NCBI GenBank assembly: GCA_964019335.1
Contig: OZ025650.1
Span: 806,001 to 870,000, forward strand
From: Diplonema japonicum
Taxonomy: Eukaryota; Protista; Euglenozoa: Diplonemea
Direction: 5' to 3'
DNA length: 64,000 nucleotides
In this document: positions 47,326 through 60,100 of the stretch, piece after piece
How the letters are laid out: every line of letters starts with the position of its first letter
How positions within the stretch are numbered: position 1 is the first letter of the stretch
Notes under the pieces: model-generated
What the model saw: only the letters and a program-made list of their open reading frames with translations
Told to the model about the DNA's origin: nothing
The model's database searches: none
Position numbers and translations under genes: made by a program

Positions 47326-49269
47326 ATGCTCATAAACCTCACTAAACGTCTGGTCACCTCACGATGCATATCTTACACTGAGCCATGGGTGTGGTCACCC
47401 CACAGCGAGACGGGAGGGTACTTTGAGGAGTTAATGCACCGCCCGCTGAAGGATGCCATTACAGGAACGGAGGTCTACGTAATGGGCGTGTCCGAGTACA
47501 GTGGGGAATCTGCAGGAGACGTGAGAAAGACAGTGCGAAACATGCGGGAGGGTCCGCGTGGGAGGAAGCTGGACGTGTGTGTCGACTGCAGCGATCTGAA
47601 GATGTTGCAAGCTGTGACAGGCTGTTTTGAGGCAGACGTTGGAACGCGTCAAGAACAAACACAAAAGGCTGCGGATCTAGGGTACCCTCCTGATGTATTG
47701 GCCACACATATTTTGGCGCATCAGCAACAAGGTCTGCTTCCTTACCAAGCCACCACCGCTGCTGTGGTTGAGTGCACAAAAAGAGGCATTCCCCTACACT
47801 TCTTAGGCCTCAACGAATCGCAGCCCTTCCACCGCCTACGCCACGTCAACGTCCTCTCAAACGACTTCCTCACACAAGGAGACCAGTCCCTCATCGACCA
47901 GGTCCCTAGTATATTTGGCCTTCACGCCGACATCGACGCCCACCTCGACCCTGCCACGTGGGTCCCCGCATTGCAAAGCCGGCCCACCCCGTCGTTGGTC
48001 CACACTAGACTTACGTCCGTCGACCTGCCAACCTTGTTCTTCCGGTACGTGCAGCCCACTGTTCACATGGTTCAGGAAGTTAAGAAGCTGATGCGAGGCT
48101 CCGAGCACAACAATGGAGCGGTACTTGTTGTTATCGATGCGTGGTGCGCACCGATGTTCTACAAGATTTTCAAAGACGCTGGACTGTCAGAGGAAGATGG
48201 TTGCGGGGCGTATTATAATTTCAGAGAAAAACATGAGATTGAAGACAGAGAGGTAGACGAAGTACAGACGGTGCACGAGGCAGCTATGGCCTTAACGGAC
48301 CTGACAGAGACTCTATCTGAGGACGCATCAGAGGGGAAGCTGCAAGCTGAGTTCGAGGTACAGCTGCTGTTGTTCCTTCAGCTCTGCAGAGTCAGGCCTG
48401 ACCTGTTAAAATACAAGCAAGCTGTTGTCAACGTGTACATCACACACGGCATGGTGTCGGAAGCCATCTGCTTCCTCCGCAAAGCTGTTGACGAGGAGCA
48501 CTCGCAAGGTGCCTACAACGTCCTCACTTCAATGGTGATGGACCTCATCAACGACGGCCTCGTCGACCAGAACGACCCGCTTGTTGAATTCGCCATGCGA
48601 CCCATGCCAGACGCCCCCTCGCCCAAAGAGCCTCTCAAACTGATCGAAGCCCCTAAGGACCGTCCTACGTCCCGCATGGTGGCGCATAATGAAATAGGAA
48701 TCGTAGCTCATTCACAGGAGTCCCTCCCAGAGTTCAAACACCTCGAGACTGGAGAAATCTCCGAGCAGCGTCGTGAGCGAGTCGGGAACATGCTGATGGA
48801 ATACCAGCAGCATGAGATTGCAAAACACGAACCTGACGATAGGGCAAAGAGGAAGATCGAATTGAAAAGGAAACAATACGAGAGAATGAAGTTTTCTGTT
48901 CCGCACCACCACCCCTTCAGCGACGAGTACAACGAAGACGGGGGTGACCTCCCCACCCATGGTATCATCACAACATTGCCACAGTACGTCACCAACGAAG
49001 ACTTCCCTGCTCCTCTTCCAAAGCACGAGCTTCCCGAGCATGCCAAATCTGCCGAACGGTCAATTGCAAGCCTCAATCGGGAGAGCGCCGTAGACCAGAT
49101 TATCAGAGAGTCGAAGAGGATCCGCACACAATCCCCGCCTCGTTCCTCAGCACAAGTAGCGTTGCTTGCATCCAAAAAAGAAGACAGGAAAGCTTTGAGG
49201 AGGTACAAAGCAAAGCTTCGAGATGGCAAGAACTGGGCCCGCGCAGAGAAGTTCTTCTCAGATCAATAG
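47326..49269 (+). CDS. Hypothetical, probably mitochondrial, protein with a TraB/PrgY-like N-terminal block
   Basis: Presequence-like MLINLTKRLVTSRC; VYVMGVSEYSGESAGDVRKTV..DVCVD weakly resembles TraB. Confidence 0.45.
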   Translation: MLINLTKRLVTSRCISYTEPWVWSPHSETGGYFEELMHRPLKDAITGTEVYVMGVSEYSGESAGDVRKTVRNMREGPRGRKLDVCVDCSDLKMLQAVTGCFEADVGTRQEQTQKAADLGYPPDVLATHILAHQQQGLLPYQATTAAVVECTKRGIPLHFLGLNESQPFHRLRHVNVLSNDFLTQGDQSLIDQVPSIFGLHADIDAHLDPATWVPALQSRPTPSLVHTRLTSVDLPTLFFRYVQPTVHMVQEVKKLMRGSEHNNGAVLVVIDAWCAPMFYKIFKDAGLSEEDGCGAYYNFREKHEIEDREVDEVQTVHEAAMALTDLTETLSEDASEGKLQAEFEVQLLLFLQLCRVRPDLLKYKQAVVNVYITHGMVSEAICFLRKAVDEEHSQGAYNVLTSMVMDLINDGLVDQNDPLVEFAMRPMPDAPSPKEPLKLIEAPKDRPTSRMVAHNEIGIVAHSQESLPEFKHLETGEISEQRRERVGNMLMEYQQHEIAKHEPDDRAKRKIELKRKQYERMKFSVPHHHPFSDEYNEDGGDLPTHGIITTLPQYVTNEDFPAPLPKHELPEHAKSAERSIASLNRESAVDQIIRESKRIRTQSPPRSSAQVALLASKKEDRKALRRYKAKLRDGKNWARAEKFFSDQ

Positions 49270-49334
49270 TCTCTCATTTTATGTTCTCTTTTTTCTGTAT
49301 ATTCTTAGTACCAACTGCTCATAGGGACAATAAA

Positions 49335-51617
49335 ATGGCGGTGCTAACGACGATGATGATGCTGTCTGTGGGTGTTACCCATCGCAGCTGGATGGACGTG
49401 AGCCTGACTCCTCAGCAGCGTGCCGACAAGCTCGTTGCGAACATGACGGTGTCTCAGCTCATCCATATGTTCCACGGCAGTGGCAGTGGCTATGTCGGGA
49501 ATGTGGAAGCGATCCCCGAGCTTGGGATCCCCGCCATCAAAATGAACGATGGCCCGCAGGGTTTCAGGGACAACGCACACCCCGGGACCTCTACGGCATG
49601 GCCTAGTGGCCTCACCATCGCCTCCACCTGGGACGAGGTTGCCTCCCTTGAATGGGGCAGTGCTATGGGAGCAGAGTTCTACGGTAAGGGTGCGAACGTT
49701 CAACTTGGGCCCGGGGTGTGTGTGGCGAGGGTTCCGCAGAACGGGAGAAACTTCGAATACATCTCTGGGGAGGACCCTTTCCTCGGCTACACAATGGTGC
49801 AGCCTGCAATCAAAGGGATCCAGTCAAAGGGTGTCATTGCTAACGCGAAGCACTATGTCAACAACAACCAGGAGACCAACCGCCAGACGATCTCTGAGGA
49901 TGTTGACGAGCGCACTCAGTTCGAGATTTACTACCCCCCCTTCGAAGGAGCGATCGAGGCCGAGGTGGGGTCTATGATGTGTTCGTACAACAAAATCAGG
50001 GGTAACTGGTCGTGCGAGAACAGCGAGACTCTCCAGAGGGACCTGAAGGAGAGGATGGGCTTCTCTGGCTGGGTGATGTCCGACTGGGGGGCCACCCACT
50101 CTACCTCCATCAACCAGGGTCTTGATCAGGAGATGCCTGGTGCATCCTACATGGGCAATAACCTCCAGACGATGTACAACAAGGGGTATGTGACGCTCCA
50201 GAAGCTGCAGGACTCTGCGAAGAGGATCTTTATGCCAATGTTCCAAATGGGCGTCTTCGACGATAACAACAACAACCCCATTGCCACGAACGTGACTTCT
50301 GTTGCTCACAACATGCTTGCGAGGAACCTCTCTTCGCGTGCCACTGTGCTGCTGAAGAATGACAACAAGATCCTTCCCATCTCGAAGGCTGTGAAGAATA
50401 TTGCTGTCATCGGTTCGCAGGCCGCTAATCCCATTGTGCACGGCGGCGGCAGCGGGCAAGTTGTCCCTTACTACACCTCTGCTCCCTACGCAGCCATCCT
50501 CAGCTACCTGAACATTCCCACTCCTACCAGCAACTGCAGTCAAGGCAACTTTATTGACAACACCGACTTCCACAACCAGGACAACCAGACTGTAGCTTCG
50601 GCTGCTAGCCCCGACGCGTGCTGCTTGCTATGCGCACAGAATGACGAATGCACGCACTTCAGCTGGACCAAGGACGCTAAGCAATGCTGGATGAAGTCCG
50701 ACGGTAGGGAACAGGAGGCTAACAACAACGTGGTCTCTGGGATCTGCAAGAAGGCCAATCCTATCAAGCACTGCAACCAGGATGGTGTGTGCGTCACTTT
50801 CAGCTCAGGCTCCAACCCCAGCGACGCTGCAAAGGTCGCCAGTGAAGCAGACATTGCCCTTGTCTTTGTGGCCACCACCTCACACGAGGGAAGTGACCGC
50901 AGCTCCCTCTCACTCGGTAACGGACAGGACGAGCTCATCTCCGCCGTTGCTGCTGTGCAGAAGGATACTGTGGTGTCAGCTGTGACACCGGGGGCATTGT
51001 TGACCCCGTGGAGGGACCAGGTGAAGGCTATCCTGATCCCTTTTATGCCTGGGCAGGAGTACGGGAACGCTGTGACAGAGCTACTGTTTGGGAAGACGAG
51101 TCCTTCGGGCCGCCTGCCCCTGTCTTTCCCTGTCACTGAGAACGATGAGCAGATGACGAAGCAGCAGTGGCCGGGGGTGAACCTGCACGCCACATATTCC
51201 GAGAAGATGCTGATAGGGTACAGGTGGTACACCGCACATAACGTGATGCCTGCCTTCCCCTTTGGGCACGGGCTGACATACACAAACTTCGCCTACGGTG
51301 GGATCCAGGTGACAGGGAGGACTGTGACTTTCGAGGTGACGAACACTGGGGCTGCGGCAGGGGTGGAGACACCGCAGCTGTACATTGGGTTCCCTACGGG
51401 GAACACTCAGGGGGAGCCGCCTGTGCAGCTGAAAGCGTTCTCGAAGGTGTCGCTGCAGCCTGGCGAGAAAAAAACCGTGAGCTACGTCCTCCCCGACCGC
51501 GCTGTGTCTTACTATGACATCACTACGCACCAGTGGGCACAGGCACACGGCAGCTTCACCGTTTATGTGGGGCCTAACGTGAACAACCTCCCTCTCTCCG
51601 CTGCACTTACCAACTAG
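49335..51617 (+). CDS. Secreted GH3 beta-glucosidase with an internal PAN/Apple insert and C-terminal FnIII
   Basis: NDGPQG, GRNFEY.SGEDP, AKHY, MCSYNK, VMSDWG nucleophile, LLKND, FPFGHGLTY. Confidence 0.9.
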   Translation: MAVLTTMMMLSVGVTHRSWMDVSLTPQQRADKLVANMTVSQLIHMFHGSGSGYVGNVEAIPELGIPAIKMNDGPQGFRDNAHPGTSTAWPSGLTIASTWDEVASLEWGSAMGAEFYGKGANVQLGPGVCVARVPQNGRNFEYISGEDPFLGYTMVQPAIKGIQSKGVIANAKHYVNNNQETNRQTISEDVDERTQFEIYYPPFEGAIEAEVGSMMCSYNKIRGNWSCENSETLQRDLKERMGFSGWVMSDWGATHSTSINQGLDQEMPGASYMGNNLQTMYNKGYVTLQKLQDSAKRIFMPMFQMGVFDDNNNNPIATNVTSVAHNMLARNLSSRATVLLKNDNKILPISKAVKNIAVIGSQAANPIVHGGGSGQVVPYYTSAPYAAILSYLNIPTPTSNCSQGNFIDNTDFHNQDNQTVASAASPDACCLLCAQNDECTHFSWTKDAKQCWMKSDGREQEANNNVVSGICKKANPIKHCNQDGVCVTFSSGSNPSDAAKVASEADIALVFVATTSHEGSDRSSLSLGNGQDELISAVAAVQKDTVVSAVTPGALLTPWRDQVKAILIPFMPGQEYGNAVTELLFGKTSPSGRLPLSFPVTENDEQMTKQQWPGVNLHATYSEKMLIGYRWYTAHNVMPAFPFGHGLTYTNFAYGGIQVTGRTVTFEVTNTGAAAGVETPQLYIGFPTGNTQGEPPVQLKAFSKVSLQPGEKKTVSYVLPDRAVSYYDITTHQWAQAHGSFTVYVGPNVNNLPLSAALTN

Positions 51618-52095
51618 TGTCTCATGCTGGCACATTGTGGCCAGACATAAAACCTGATAAAAAGAATTTTAACCTTCAATGCCGCTTTTGGGGCTTTCCA
51701 ACGTTTACCGTCAGTTTAGATACACGTCACATCGGCCACTTGTCTCTCGTCTTTTTTTATTTTTTATAGCAAGGTACAAGAATTATACTCTAAGCTGCAT
51801 CTGATCTTGGTATTTTTTGGCTGAAATATGGGTTTTGGATTGATCACGACCCGGTTTGTAATTAGGATCGATCGATCACACTGTTCATAAATTAGGGAAT
51901 AAACCGATCACCTCTCATTTGAAACCACCGGGATAAACCCATCAAAAAACCCGACTGTGATCGAAAATCTAAAATTGCTCGGGTGGGTCGGGTTTCGAAA
52001 CCCGAAGGACTATGTATTGTCTCAGAACGGGAAAAAATAATAATAAAAGAGGAGGGGGTAAGGGCGAGAAACCCAACCAAAGAAAAAAAAAAAAA

Positions 52096-54135
52096 ATGTT
52101 ATCAAGAATGACAAGGATCGGGGGAAAGGTCTTGGGCAACGGGGCAACGGTGCAGAAAAAGTGGTACTGTGTAGCGGCGCCTTCTGCGGGAGTGGACAGG
52201 GATCCTAGGTGTATTCTGCAGTCGAATAATGAGATGATGTACTTGAGGTCACCCAGGACAATTTTGTTCAAAGCAGAGACCTCAATCGACCTGACCATGG
52301 AGCTTATGACTGCACTGGCGGAGTACAAGGATTCCCCGAGAAAATGCCTTGGGCTCATTGATGCTATGAGCACCCTTATGTGCCTTGCCGTTGACCCTGC
52401 AGAGTTTATCAGGTGCATCCACCCAAGAGAAGAATACAGAAGCCACGCTGAAAAGGCATACAACGAGTGTTCCCACTACCTCAACCACATGAACACGTCC
52501 AGAGCAGTGTATCAGGTTGTTGTGAAGCTGTCTGATCCGGAACACGAGCTTTATGATATTCTGACCCCTGAGGAGAAGCATCTTGCCCACACGCTGAAGG
52601 ACGAAATGGAGTCTACTGGTGTGCATTTTTCCCCGCGGAAGTCGTTGCTCGTCCAGAAGCTTCTCGAGAAGAACGCGGATCTCACTGAAATGGTCTTCAA
52701 ATACGAGGAAAGCACCAGAGACCCAGATGCAATCCTTCACGAAATTATTGCGAACAGGTACGAACTGGCGACCACTGTAGGGTACGACTCGTACGTAGCG
52801 TGGACGCTGAGAAATACACTTGCGGAGAGCCCCCTTAGCGTCTGGTCGCTTCTGCTGCGATTAGCTGACAAACTGCAACACGGTGCTCGTGAGGAGCTGC
52901 AGCTGCTCATCGAATCCAGAGAAGCCATCGCCGGTCTCTCTAAACCTGTCGAACAGCAGCATATAGTCAGTGATAGCGAGCTACGCGACATGTCCAGCAT
53001 TTACAAGAAACGAACGTTCGGGGAAGTTGAGAAGGAGATTTCCGAGTACCTCTCTGTGCAGAATGTGTGGGAAGGTGTGAAAATTCTCTGCGAGCAGGTA
53101 TTCGAGTTGACCCTCAAGGAGGTGGACATGGACCAGTTCGAGAAGTACGACAAAAATCTCATGAAATTCGAGGTCCTTGATTCAAAAAAGCAGCTTATTG
53201 GTGTTATTTATGCCGACCTCCTGGCGCGAACAGGGAAAACGGAAGGCTCCGGGCACTTTACCATCCAGCTGGGGTCTGATTTCGATCCAACGGCGTGCAG
53301 TGACTTGGACATCATCGCGCCAGAGGCCAACAGGTTGCTCCCAATAGTTGTGTTTTCGTGTAATTACGAAGGAAAATACATGAAAGAGGAGAAGCCGGAG
53401 AAGGGGCACGAAGAGGATAAGAAACTAGACAGGCTGTTGCTGACCCCAAACGACGCTGTGTCGCTGTTCCATGAGTTCGGACACGCGCTGCACACGCTAC
53501 TGGGGCAGACGAAGTTCCAGATCTTGTCAGGGACAAGGTCGTCGATGGATTATGTGGAAGTCTTCTCGCAACTGTTTGAGGTGTATGCGAGGGAGTACGT
53601 CACTCTGAGGAAGTGGGCTACTCACTACGAGACTGGGCTTCCCATCTCAAGGGAGCTTGTTGACAAAATGAACGATTCCGAAAGCTCCTTCAGCAACCTG
53701 CAGCAGCTTGAGGAGATTGTGTCATCGTTGGTTGACCTTGTTTACCACGGACCTCGCCCTATGATGTTTTTCACACTCGACCCCGAGACAAAAAATCTTC
53801 GAGCCCACAGTGTCCCTGAAGGCCAGGAGGATCCTCTCTCCCTCCGAACACTGATCGCGGACAGCATCACCCCCATCACCGTCACCGAACTCGGCAATGC
53901 TCGCAACTTCAGCCATTCGCAAATTGTGAACTATCCGGGCACCTACTACTCTTACACGTACTCCCGTGTCTTCGCCACTGCAATTTGGGAGAAATATTTC
54001 AAGAATGACCCCTACAGCATCTCCGCTGGCAAGGCCCTTGCATCAGTCATGAAAAAAGGTGCCTCTGCCTCACCCAAGGCTCTCATCGGTCAGCTTGTCT
54101 CTACATCCCCTGAGGACCTTTTGGATGCGTTTTAG
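52096..54135 (+). CDS. M3 metallopeptidase, mitochondrial intermediate peptidase-like
   Basis: [10 protein letters not shown] zinc motif, [19 protein letters not shown]; presequence-like MLSRMTR. Confidence 0.85.
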   Translation: MLSRMTRIGGKVLGNGATVQKKWYCVAAPSAGVDRDPRCILQSNNEMMYLRSPRTILFKAETSIDLTMELMTALAEYKDSPRKCLGLIDAMSTLMCLAVDPAEFIRCIHPREEYRSHAEKAYNECSHYLNHMNTSRAVYQVVVKLSDPEHELYDILTPEEKHLAHTLKDEMESTGVHFSPRKSLLVQKLLEKNADLTEMVFKYEESTRDPDAILHEIIANRYELATTVGYDSYVAWTLRNTLAESPLSVWSLLLRLADKLQHGAREELQLLIESREAIAGLSKPVEQQHIVSDSELRDMSSIYKKRTFGEVEKEISEYLSVQNVWEGVKILCEQVFELTLKEVDMDQFEKYDKNLMKFEVLDSKKQLIGVIYADLLARTGKTEGSGHFTIQLGSDFDPTACSDLDIIAPEANRLLPIVVFSCNYEGKYMKEEKPEKGHEEDKKLDRLLLTPNDAVSLFHEFGHALHTLLGQTKFQILSGTRSSMDYVEVFSQLFEVYAREYVTLRKWATHYETGLPISRELVDKMNDSESSFSNLQQLEEIVSSLVDLVYHGPRPMMFFTLDPETKNLRAHSVPEGQEDPLSLRTLIADSITPITVTELGNARNFSHSQIVNYPGTYYSYTYSRVFATAIWEKYFKNDPYSISAGKALASVMKKGASASPKALIGQLVSTSPEDLLDAF

Positions 54136-54241
54136 TGTTTTACGGACAACAAAAAAAAGGAAGAAGAAAAAAAAAAGAATGGGTTATCCTTGGTTATTTA
54201 CCGCCAGATCTGAACTACTTTACAGGAAAAAGACATCAAAA

Positions 54242-54960
54242 ATGGGTGCCTACACCTACATGAACGAGATGTGGAAGAAGAAGCAGTCCGACGTGATGCG
54301 CTTCTTGCAGCGTATCAGGTGCTGGGAGTACCGTCACCAGAACCGTCTGATCCGTGTGCCTCACCCTACCAGGCCCGAGAAGGCAAGGAAGATGGGCTAC
54401 AAGCGCAAGGCTGGGTACTCCGTGTTCCGTATCAGGGTATGTTTTGGCTACTCACAAAAAAAAAAAATAATCGTAACTCATAACCACACCACACAGATCC
54501 GCCGTGGTGGCCGCAAGAGGCCCGCTCACCGTGGTATCTGCTACGGTAAGCCCAAGACCGCAGGTGTTAACCAGCTGAAGAACAAGAAGAACACCCAGTC
54601 CATCGCTGAGGAGAAGGTTGGTCGTGCCATCGGCTCCCTGAGGGTGCTGAACTCTTACTGGGTGAACCAGGACGGTACCTTCAAGTGGTTCGAGATCATC
54701 TGCGTGGACCCCTCCTCTACCACCATCCGCCGTGACCCCCGCATTAACTGGATCGCCAACGTATGTGTTACTGTTATTCTTCTTTTCCTAATCCCCCACC
54801 ACAGCCCTGCCAGAAGCGTCGTGAGGCCCGTGGTCTCACCAGCGCTGGCCGCAAGCACCGTGGTCTCCGTCACAAGGGTCACAAGGCCAACCAGTTCCGT
54901 CCCAGCGCCCGCGCTGTGTGGAAGAGGCACAACGTTGTCCGTTTCTGGAGGTACCGTTAA
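54242..54960 (+). CDS. RPL15: 60S ribosomal protein eL15; introns 54437-54496, 54761-54804
   Basis: [50 protein letters not shown] after splicing. Confidence 0.97.
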
Positions 54961-55132
54961 GCCTGAGGCTTGGCCGCCAACTTCGACCACAGCTCGAAGA
55001 TCTCCCTCCCATTTTTGTGTTTTTACTTTTTTTCATTTTCTTTTTACTTTCTTTCATTTTCTTTTTCCGTTTTCTTTTTTTTATAAACCCATTGGCCTGT
55101 CGTATCACAGCTTACAGGTATCACTTGTTATC

Positions 55133-56476
55133 ATGCGCACTGTTGCTGCACTTCTGTGCGCCCTTGTTGGGGCGCAGGCCTTCCAGTGGGAGCACAAGGG
55201 CACCCACACTGGCAAGCTCGCCAACACCGTGAACCCCACCATCTGCGACCCGGGCGTGAAGCAGTTCGCTGGTCAGTACGACATTGACGATGGCTCAAAG
55301 CACTACTTCTACTGGGCCTTCGAGGCCAGGAACAAGACCGCCAACACCCCGACCATCTTGTGGATGACTGGTGGGCCCGGGTGCAGCTCGGAGGTTGCGC
55401 TCTTCTACGAGAACGGTCCGTGCAAAGTGAACGCGGCAGGAACTGGCACCTTCAACAACCCCCACTCATGGAACACCGAGGCCAACCTTGTGTACATCGA
55501 CCAGCCCGCCGGTGTGGGCTTCTCCTCAGGGAAGATGGATGACCACGACGAGGTGGGCGTCGCCAACGACATGTACGCGTTCCTCCAGGACCTCTTCCAG
55601 GACCACCCCGACTGGAACACGGAGTTCTTCATCTTCGGTGAGTCCTACGGTGGACACTTCGCCCCCGCCACTGCTCACAGGGTCTGGGCCGGCGCCAAGG
55701 CCGGTGAGGGTATCAAGATCAACCTTGCCGGTCTCGGTGTTGGCAACGGTTTGACCGACCCTGCCATCCAGTACCAGTACTACGGCCAGCTCGCCTACAA
55801 CTGGTCTATTGAGGCCACTGGCAAGCCTGCCATCACCCTCAAGCAGTACGAGAAGATGCAGAACGAGATCCCCACTTGCGTTGCGCTCATTGAGAAGTGC
55901 GACAAGACCGGCGCGCAGGACACCTGTGAGATTGCCCAGACAATCTGCAACCAGGAGATGATGGGCCCCTACGAGTCCACCGGACTGAACCCCTACGACA
56001 TCAGGGAGAAGTGCCAGGTGCCTCCTCTGTGCTACAACATGACCAACATTGACAAGTTCCTGAACACCCCCTCCACCCAGGACGCTCTTGGTGTGAAGAG
56101 GCAGAAGTGGGAATCGTGCAACATGCAGGTCAACCAGCAGTTCGCTGCCGACTGGATGAAGTCCTACCAGGGCATGGTGCCCGACCTGTTGGCCAACAAC
56201 ATCAGGGTGCTCATCTACGCTGGTGACGTGGACTTCGTCTGCAACTGGATCGGCAACAAGGCCTGGACCCTTGACCTTCCTTGGTCCGGGAAGGCAGCCT
56301 TCAACGCCGCCGGCGACCACGACTGGAACGTCAACTCCAAGAAGGCCGGTTCCTTCAGGACCGCCAACGGCTTCACCTTCCTTCAGGTCAACGAGGCTGG
56401 GCACATGGTCCCCTACAACCAGCCCGTCGCTGCCTTCAACATGCTCAGCACCTTCATCCACAACAAGCCCTGGTGA
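55133..56476 (+). CDS. Serine carboxypeptidase (S10), secreted/lysosomal
   Basis: Signal peptide, [40 protein letters not shown]. Confidence 0.95.
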   Translation: MRTVAALLCALVGAQAFQWEHKGTHTGKLANTVNPTICDPGVKQFAGQYDIDDGSKHYFYWAFEARNKTANTPTILWMTGGPGCSSEVALFYENGPCKVNAAGTGTFNNPHSWNTEANLVYIDQPAGVGFSSGKMDDHDEVGVANDMYAFLQDLFQDHPDWNTEFFIFGESYGGHFAPATAHRVWAGAKAGEGIKINLAGLGVGNGLTDPAIQYQYYGQLAYNWSIEATGKPAITLKQYEKMQNEIPTCVALIEKCDKTGAQDTCEIAQTICNQEMMGPYESTGLNPYDIREKCQVPPLCYNMTNIDKFLNTPSTQDALGVKRQKWESCNMQVNQQFAADWMKSYQGMVPDLLANNIRVLIYAGDVDFVCNWIGNKAWTLDLPWSGKAAFNAAGDHDWNVNSKKAGSFRTANGFTFLQVNEAGHMVPYNQPVAAFNMLSTFIHNKPW

Positions 56477-56878
56477 ACGAGCACTCCTTAACTTAAACGT
56501 GCATGGAAGAATTGCTTGAGACAAAGAGAAAATAATTCCAATTTTCTTTTATATCTCATAGTTTCTTTTATGCCCCCATCAAAGATTTCCCCCGTTATTT
56601 ATTTTCTCTTTATTTTTCTCCTTCCGTGTACTATGGTCCAGTTTCTTGACTAGTGTGGTGTGTTTTCAATACCCATCCCCACCCAAAAAGGGGAAGAAAA
56701 GAAAAATACATGGGGATGCGCAAGAAAAAATCAGAAAGTGAAATAGGTCACCTTTTTCACATCTCAATTTTTCTTGTCGTTTTTACCCCGACGGTTTCTT
56801 TTTCTTTTATCCCCATTTGAAGAAAGGAGAAAAAAAAATGCTCTTTGTATAATAATACAACAGGTGGGAGGTGACGTA

Positions 56879-57106
56879 ATGAGTGCCGTCACAACGGTGC
56901 ATGCCGGTGGTACCGCTGGGGTAGAGTCACGAGGGCAATACATTTACATTGCAGTATCGTTGCTGGTGCTGGGGCTAATGGTTTACAGGATGGTGGCGAA
57001 AAAGAGTGGCATACGAAGGGTATTGTCGCCGGGCAACGCGGAAGCGAGGCAGCGGGAGGAAGCATACAGAGAACAGGGCTACGTGGAGATAGGCAGGCGC
57101 TATTAA
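56879..57106 (+). CDS. Small single-TM hypothetical protein (75 aa)
   Basis: TM YIYIAVSLLVLGLMVY; ORF located between neighbouring genes. Confidence 0.5.
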   Translation: MSAVTTVHAGGTAGVESRGQYIYIAVSLLVLGLMVYRMVAKKSGIRRVLSPGNAEARQREEAYREQGYVEIGRRY

Positions 57107-57177
57107 AATCCTTGTTTTATTTTCCTTCCTTAGTTCGTCAATTTCATTTCACACAGGACAGGGGGGGAACGGGGGAT

Positions 57178-60100
57178 ATGATCACCCACGACACAATTGA
57201 CTCTTCCCCTACGCATGACACAATTGACTCCTCCAGCTCGTCCGCATCGATCAAGCCCCGCAGCAGGGGGGGGTCTTCGTCCTCGCTGCAGTTCACTATC
57301 CAGAGGACTGATATTTCCTCGTTGATGTTTAATGAAGAGGCACACACTGCTGAGATGAGCTGCATCAGTGGTGCGGCTGGGTTGGACACAATACCGCAGC
57401 GATCAGGTCATTCGTTTAGGTCCCACCTCAGCCCCGTGAAGCCCCCACCCGTTGGGGAGGAACGCGGTCCCAGTTCGCCACCAACAACCCCTCAGCACTC
57501 CATGCCGCCCACGCCACTCATCAACAAGACAAGCTCACTGCCACCTACTCCGCTTCTTAACCAAACCACCTCTCAGCCGTCCACTCCCAAAAAAGAGCCA
57601 CAAGAGCCTCAGATACACACTTCACATGAGCAGTCCAAAGATGAGTCTGAAATTGACGACATCCAGGAGCTCACGCAGGAGCTTGCGGAGGCTGTTGAGC
57701 CAGCACCTCAGCCACAAGTGGTTCCCAAACCAGAGCCTCCTAGCCCAAAATGTCCCAGCCCCATTCCCCCAATGCTCAACAGATCGCAGTCCTCAATCAG
57801 CGACAACGACCTGATCGTTCCCTCTTTGAACACCCTTCCTCTCAACTCCTCTTTTCGCAAGCCGCGCACTTCGTCGCGCGAAGTGAATGTGCTGCCCAGT
57901 GTCAACACGCTGCCCTCAACACCTGCTCTGGAGATGTCAGCAGGCGGGACTGCGCACCCTGTCCCAGCGTCTTCGTTGGGCCCTACTTACTTCCATGACA
58001 AAATACGGCAAGACACCAAAATCCTGAAGCAGAAACATGCCGATGAGGCCAAAATTAAAAAGATAGCGGCGAATGCCGCTGTGCGGCTTGACCGCGAGCG
58101 CGAGCAGGTGAGTCCTAGTAGGACCATCGTCACGACAGACGTGCGCCCTGCGTCGCAGAAGGTGATGTCATGCAGACAGCCAGAAGTACTGCAGAGGCTG
58201 AGCGCAGCTGATCAGTATAATGTGCACATGCACTACGATCCGCATGAGCACCTTGCAGTGACGAGGGCGAAGACTGCGGAGAGCAGACAGGTAAAAGAGG
58301 CGAAGAAGAAGGAGCTTGAAGAGCTGGACACATATCTGGCCATTAATACCATATCACCAATCAAGCCTGAGCGGCAGCCGGCTGATTCAAGGGGCACGAT
58401 CATTAATAAGATCTGTGCGGGGTGGGGCGACCAGGCACGAGACATCGTCGTGAGGGCAGCCAGCGCATCGCCCGCAAAAAAGAAGAAGGTCAAAAAAGGC
58501 GCCCGAGGGTCTAGTGTGAGCCGTGCATCTCCGAAGAACGCCTCTCCGCCTAAACGAGCCCGGTCTGTGCCGCATGCACCAGTGCAATCAACGCCAAACC
58601 ACACGCCAGTGCATGCACCTGACGAGCAAGATTCGTGGAAAAACAAGGTGAAGGGCCTCAAGACTGTTTTGTCAGATCAGGCATACGCGCAGCCGGGGCA
58701 TAGGTTGTACAAAGAAGGAGGGATCAGGAAGTGCCTGATGGATCACTGGGCTACTGAGAAGAAGACGGAAAACGACCTGTGGGAGGTGATGAAGCACTCG
58801 TACCGACCTGTTATATCGGACTACGCGAAGGCTATTAAGAAGGGAAGGACACGGCAGCAGCGGGAGGTGGACGACGCGAAGGTGGCAGAGCGACGACGGG
58901 TCCTTGCAGACAGGTACGGGGACGCAGACCTTGACGGGTGCACGTTCCAGCCGCATATCAACACAAAGTCAGCGTGGATGGCAGCACCTAGCAAAGATGC
59001 ACACTTAAGAATCTACAAAAGGGGTGTAGCGATGGTAAAGAGCAAAAAACAAACAGCACGGGAGTTGCTAATGAAACAGGATGAGGTAGAAGACCCTCAC
59101 GCAAACAGGAGGGTTCTTCTGGGATCAGAGCAAACAGACGCGTGGTTGCAGAGGCTGATGGAGCCAAAACAGGGCAACGAGATGTATAGAGTACATATGG
59201 AGGCGGAGGATGAGAAGAGACGTGCTGCGTCAAGCTCGCCAAGGTCGAACCCTGCAGAGCGGGGCCTCGTGCAGCACCACCTTCACAACGACGCGGAGGA
59301 ACTGCGGAAGAGGAAAGTCCTGATGGCAACCGAAGAGAAGCGCAACATGCAGCTGACAGCTGAAGTGGGGCAGTATCTCGGTACAAAGAGTAAGCAGATG
59401 GCCACACGGCAGCGATCGACCTTAGTCTTCACACTCTACCAGCTGTACGACACCCATCAGGACGGGCACGCTGCCCTGGACACCGTGGTCACCAAATCGC
59501 TGGTATGCTTTTTATATACTGCTGACCTTTTTAAAGGAGCTCTTGAAGGCCGACATTCCCGACGAGGTGAAACAGGTTCTCAACATCACAATCAAAGAGG
59601 TCACTCCGTTATTTAGAAACGCTGGGAAGACATCCATAACCTACGGCGAGTTCAGCAAGATCCTGACACACAAAATGAAGGAGGTCGGACAGCACCATGC
59701 ACCGGCGGTATGGACACTTTGCTTCTATTTTGTTGAACCTTGCCATTCAGGGAAGCGAGCGGCGTTCGGCAAGCCTTCCGGTGAAGCCTAAAGATGTGAA
59801 GAAGAACGACCCAATGGTGCACAACAGGCTGTTTGCGGTATGTGGTGCATTTTAAAAACATAGAACATATTTATTTCTTTTCGAAAGGAGGCCACTGTGA
59901 GGGAGCGAAAGATAAAAGACGTGGAAGCAAGGGCGGCGGCACGGGAGGAGTTCGAAGTGGAACGGATGCTTGCAGTGGGAAAGGAAACGAGGGAGGGTAG
60001 AATACCTAAAATCGTAGCTAGCACGCCGGGAAAAGACACAGATGCACTTAGCGGGTGGCAATCGGACAGGGCAACCCCGACTCCTCCACACAGCACCGAC

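Noticed and set aside
54059-56476. 805-aa ORF fusing RPL15 to a carboxypeptidase
   Set aside because: Arises from reading through two introns and a spacer; splicing gives a complete RPL15 ending at 54960, and the peptidase has its own ATG and signal peptide
55526-56524. Long minus-strand ORFs (also 27590-28543, 15934-16728, 49824-51283, 63257-63892)
   Set aside because: Antisense shadows of GC3-biased or repetitive + strand genes; no motifs
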